From assembly GCF_009914755.1 (NCBI RefSeq), contig NC_060926.1: a DNA stretch of 64,000 nucleotides; one strand, 5' to 3'. The DNA is from the human T2T-CHM13v2.0 reference genome, Homo sapiens. Numbering within the stretch: position 1 is the stretch's first letter; each line of letters begins with the position of its first letter. This document shows, in pieces, positions 59,300 through 64,000 of the stretch. Under the pieces are notes generated by a model. The model was not told the DNA's origin and did not search any database. It saw nothing but the letters and a program-made list of their open reading frames with translations. A program made the position numbers and the translations under genes.

Positions 59300-62200
59300 G
59301 AAGAGAAGTGGGTCCTGGGAGACACGAGAGAAGGCCGAAGGGGTTTCAGACTTGGTTGTTTGGGTATGTGGTGAAGGGAAGTCTGTTTTCTTGAGAGAAG
59401 TACAATGAAACCAGCTGGGGAGTCCCTGGAGTTTCGGTGCTGTGGGTGTGGTAAGGATGATCTGGTAAGGTCCCTTCCACTTAGGTGTGAAGCAGGAATT
59501 GAGGGTAGGACTGGGGTATTTTACCAGAACCCAGTCTCCTGGCTGTAGGGAGGGATTAAAGGAGTCGGTGATGGGTTGTGGCAGGTATTTGTCAGCATAT
59601 TCCTAAATGAAATGGCAGATGGTATGTACAAGAGGGGAAATGAGAGGGATTGGTGGAGGTGGGGCTTGACCCTGAGGTGGAGCAGAGGGGCAAATGGTCT
59701 CCCATACATGAGTTCAAAGGTGCTGAGCGTTAGAAGTTTACATTGGAGCACCCGAATTTTTAGAAGGGCTAAAGGCAAAAGTGTAACCCAGTCTTTATGT
59801 GTTTGGTGTGAGTACCTGGTGAGGGTGTTTTTGTAGAATGCCATTCATTTCTTCAACCTTTCCTGAAGATTGAGGTCGAGAGGGGAGGTGCAACTTCCAG
59901 GTGATTTGTAGGGCTTGTGCAAGTGTTTGAATAATTTGAGAAATGAATTCAGGGCCATTATCAGATTGAAAAGAAAGAGGCACCCCGAACCTGGGGATGA
60001 TTTCTGTTATTAATTTGGAGAGTAGGAGCTCGTTTGTTGGTTGTGGGAAAGGCCTCGACCCGTACCAAAAAGGTATCAACCAGAACTAAAAGAAATCAAA
60101 CCCTTTTTACTGGGGGCATGTGGGTAAAACCAATTTGCCAGTCCTGTTCTGGAAGGTGTCCCTTGGATTGATGGGTTAGAAAAGAAGAGGGTCTAGTGTT
60201 GAAGTGGGGTGAAGCTTTTTTGCAAACAGAGCATTGATGGGAAATGGCTTTTAACTGTTCCTTTATGTCTGGGGTTATGTATATATGGGAACTTAAGAAA
60301 TGCTGTAGAGGGGAATGGCTAGTGTGGAAGAGGTTGTGAATGTCCCATAGAAGAAATTGTTTTTTCAGGGTCAAGTAGGACTAATTTGTTTTGTATGAAC
60401 CAGTATGGGGGTTTAAATTGTCTGCCCCTACTGTGATTGGTTGTTGTGTTTGGTGTTCTGGATAAAAGGAGGGCATATGTTGTGTGAGGGGAAATAAGTA
60501 TTGGGGAATTGGGTCGTTGGCTGAGGCGTGTTTGGCCCAATAGTCAGCCTCATGGTTCCCTAAAGGAATGTGGCTTTTGTCTGATTGATGTCCTTTGCAA
60601 TGGATAACCACAACCTTTTCTGGAAGTATAGCTGCCTTTAATAGATGATGGATGAGTTTTCCATTAATGATAGGGGTTCCCTTAGCTATGAGATAGCCCT
60701 GCTCACTCAAAATTTGGGCATTGGAATGGATAACGTTACAGGCATATTTAGAATCAGTGTATATATTCACTTGTGTGTTTTCTGCTAGAGTTAGTGCTCT
60801 TATTAGGGCAACTAATTCTGCTTGTTGGGAGGATGTGCCCAAAGGCAAGGGGGCAGCCTCTATGGCTTTCTAGGTGGGAGAGAGTGGGTATCATCATGAT
60901 ATCCTTTCAATGATGGCATATCCTGCTTAGAGGGGAGAGTGTTTTGATGTGCTCCCATCTATAAACCAATCTGGGTCTCCTTTTATGTGAGTGCAAGTAA
61001 GGCGGTGATACATAGAGAACTTCCAGTTAGATCAGAGCATGAGTGTTGGTCGGGGTCTAAAATTGGTGTTGAAGGTAAAGAGTGGCGGGGTTAGTCAGGG
61101 AGCATCTATGAAGAGATATAGAGGGTTGAAGGAGAGTTGAAAGTAGGGCTTGCCTGCGAGAGGATGAGCTGGAGGTGAGCACCTTGTGGCTGAGCATATC
61201 TTGTAGACTGTGAGAAGAAAATACCTGAAGAGGTTCATAAAACATGAGATTTTGTGCCTCAGGAATAATTATTGCTGCTGTTGTGACCAAAATGTTTAAG
61301 CAAGGGGGCCAGGTTTTATAAATGGGGTCTAGTTGTTTTGAAAATATACCACTGGTTGGAGGGAGTTTGCCATGAGTTGGGCTAATAGACCAAGGGCCTG
61401 ATTATGAGAACTGTGTAAATACAGATTAAAAGGTCTTAGGGGGTTTGGAAGGCCTAAAGTGGGGGCCTGTAATAACACACGTTTTAGGTGAGAGAAAGCA
61501 TGATAAAGATCTGGGGTGGGAGTGAGGAGTTGGTCAAGATTTTCTTTTGTGTGTTCATAAAGGGATATAGCAACAATGGCAAAATTTGCTATCCATATTT
61601 GGAAATATCCCACTAATCCGAAGAAGGAAAGTAAGTCCCTTTTTGTTTTAGGAAATGGGATTTGTTGAACACCTTGCTTTCGTGCTGACAGAATTTGGAG
61701 TTATGATAAGTCCTGGGTATGAAATTTTTGAACTTTTCTTTTGGATACCCAGTACCCACATTCAGCCAAAAAATGTAAAAGCTTGGTGATGTGTTGAATA
61801 CAGTATTCTAGGGAGGGGGTGCAAAAGAGTAAATCCACATATTGAAGCAAAATGCTGGGTTGTAGAGGTAGTTGGGAGAGGTCTAATTGAAGTGCCTGAC
61901 CGAAATAGTGAGGGCTGTCCCTAAACCCCTGGGGGAGGACAGTCCAGGCGAGTTGTTGGGAGTAGCCTGTGTCAGGATCAGCCCAAGTGAAAGCAAAAAG
62001 GTTTTGAGAGAAGGGATGTACAGGGATAGTAAGAAAGGCATCTTTGAGGTCTAATACAGAGGAGTGGCTAGTGTTGGGAGGAATTCGTGATAGGAGGGTG
62101 TAGGGGTTTGGGACAACGGGACAAACAGGAATAATAGCGGAGTTGATTTGTCACAAATCCTGGACCAGTCTATAGGAGCTGTCTGGTTTTTTAACTGGAA

Positions 62201-62800
62201 GAATAGGAGTATTGTGGGGAGAATGGGTGGGGATTAAAATACTGGCACCCAAAATCAGGATATGATGGGCTTGAGTCCCTGCAATCCATCAGGGTTGAGG
62301 GGACAATGTTGGAAACACTATATAGTGCTTAGGATTCTTCAATGAAATTTGGGTTGGAGAATGGTGGGTAGCTATTATGGGGAAGTCAGCGTTCCATATG
62401 ATGGGGTTTACATGGCTGAGAAATTTGAGATTTAAGTCTGTTTGATGTGGAGTGTCTGAGGAGGGCTTCTGTTCTTGACATAATAATAAATAAGGGTGTC
62501 TTTGGTGTAGGGCCGATAAATGAATGATTCCCCCTGTTTGTGTAGAATATCCCTTCCTAATAAGGGAGTGGGACAGTGAGGAATGACCAAAATAGAGTGA
62601 GTGAGGATGACTCCCTGAAATGAGCAGTATAGAGGCGGTGTTTTATATGGGGTTTCTTGTATGCCCTTCATACCAACACAGAAATGGATGAACGTTCTAA
62701 CGGGCCTTGATAGTCAGTTAATACCAATAGGCTAGCCCCAGTATCCAAAAGAAAGGAAATAATCTTACCAGATACAGTCCCAATTACCCTCTGGGTTCTG
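59300..62800 (-). pseudogene. ERV pro-pol remnant
   Basis: Protease ISFLLDTGAS (about 62731-62760), RT WTVLPQGFRDSPHYFGQAL, RNase H QQAELVAL...NIYTDSKY...HCKGHQ, integrase core; frameshifted. Confidence 0.9.
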
Positions 62801-62840
62801 TGGACTCACTAGACATGGGGGCAAAGAATCCTGGGTACCT

Positions 62841-63415
62841 TCAGTCCTCTGCTGTCAGCACCAGCAGTGAAGAGATTTCCTCCTGTGGATGGCTGGGGGA
62901 CTTCATTATGAGCCACACCGAATGGGGAAGGTGTCCCCATTGGGGGCAGTCCATTTTCCAGTGTCCCCAAAGACCACAAGTTGAGCATGGCTTGGTGGAG
63001 GGCTGGGGGTTAGGACAAGCCTTTGCCCAGTGTCCAGGGTTGCCACATCGGAAACAGACTCCCAAAAAGGTGGCAGAGTTTCCTTTTGGGTTATCGGGAG
63101 GCTTTTGTGTGATTGACTTTTGGACAGCAGAGGTGAGCATCTGGTATTTTAAATGGAGATGCTTGTCTTTTTGAATTTTTGGTTCCTCATCTCTGTTGTT
63201 AAAGACACAGAAGGCTGCATTTAGGAGGTCCCACCGAGATGTCTGGGGACCCTCTAGTTTTTGTAATTTTTTTTCTGGATATCTGGGAAATAAATTGGAG
63301 GTAGAAAAAGTTTGACCTTCTCTAGATTCTGGGTCCAAATTGGTATATTTTAGCATAGCTTCAGTGAGGCGTGATAAGAAGAGGGCAGGATTTTCCTGGG
63401 GCTCTTGTGTAATTT
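62841..63415 (-). pseudogene. ERV gag C-terminal remnant (capsid end and nucleocapsid)
   Basis: LQKLEGPQT...FNNRDEE and CFRCGNPGHWAKAC ... CSTCGLWGHWKMDC; TGA at 62841-62843. Confidence 0.88.
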
Positions 63416-63420
63416 AACTT

Positions 63421-63738
63421 TTTCTTTTTTTTCTTTCTTTTTTTTTTTTTTTTTGAGACAGAGTCTCACTCTGTTGCCCAGGCTAGAGTGCAGTGGCGTG
63501 ATCTCAGCTCACTGCAACCTATGCCTCCCGAGTTCAAATGATTCTCTTGCCTCAGCCTCCTGAGTACCTGGAATTACAGGTGCCCGCCACCATGCCCAGC
63601 TAATTTTTGTATTTTTAGTAGAGATGGGATTTTTTGCCATGTTGGCGAGGCTGGTCTCAAACTCCTGACCTCAAGTGATCCACCTGTCTCAGCCTCCCAA
63701 AATGCTGGGATTATAGGTGTGAGCCACTGCACCCAGCC
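63421..63738 (-). mobile_element. Alu (AluS-like) at the gag breakpoint
   Basis: Full dimer. Confidence 0.92.
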
Positions 63739-63905
63739 TCAAAAAACCAACTTTTTACCTCATTGATCTTTTGTATTGTCTTCTTCATTCCAATTTCATT
63801 TCTTCCTGTTCTGATCTTTATTGTTTCCTTTCTTGTACTAACTTTGGCTTTTGTTTGCTCTTGCTTTTCTTTAAGATGCATCACTAGGTTCTTTATTTGA
63901 AGTCT
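63739..63905 (-). mobile_element. L1 ORF2-region fragment
   Basis: tcaaaaaaccaactttt...cattgatcttttgtatt...ctgatctttatt...ttgctcttgcttttct...ttaagatgcatca L1 antisense pattern. Confidence 0.7.
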
Positions 63906-63924
63906 TTCTTCCTTCCTTTCTTTC

Positions 63925-64000
63925 TTTCCTTTCCTTTTTTTTTTTTTTTTTTTGACAGAGTCTCACTCTGTCGCCAGGCTGGAGTGCAGTGGCGCGATCT
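63925..64000 (-). mobile_element. Alu, cut by the window end
   Basis: Poly-T then gacagagtctcactctgtcgccaggctggagtgcag. Confidence 0.9.

Overview
Human-like (primate) genomic DNA that I recognise as the KLHL30-ERFE-ILKAP interval (2q37.3 in human). Exons were assembled by hand from GT-AG sites and reading-frame continuity. Contents: (1) the last two coding exons and 3' UTR of KLHL30 (+); (2) the complete 8-exon erythroferrone gene ERFE/FAM132B (+, CDS 10749-18795, 354 aa); (3) the complete 12-exon PP2C phosphatase gene ILKAP (-, CDS 55295-22277, 392 aa), convergent with ERFE; (4) a decayed HERV-H/F-group provirus on the minus strand (gag 3' end, pro, pol, env, 3' LTR) just upstream of the ILKAP promoter; (5) many Alus plus L1, MIR, DNA transposon and MaLR relics. 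Most ORFs in the supplied track are GC-rich or Alu artefacts. Repeat boundaries and subfamily names are by eye and approximate. Best leads: ILKAP exons 6-9 (411 nt, 137 codons) are bracketed by an inverted AluY pair and would form a circular RNA with a stop-free endless ORF; a GATA/KLF1 cluster in the ERFE 3' UTR; a MEF2-bearing AT island in ERFE intron 3; a 44-bp VNTR whose last unit carries AATAAA in the last KLHL30 intron; and a duplicated-exon LFxDLP motif repeat in ILKAP.
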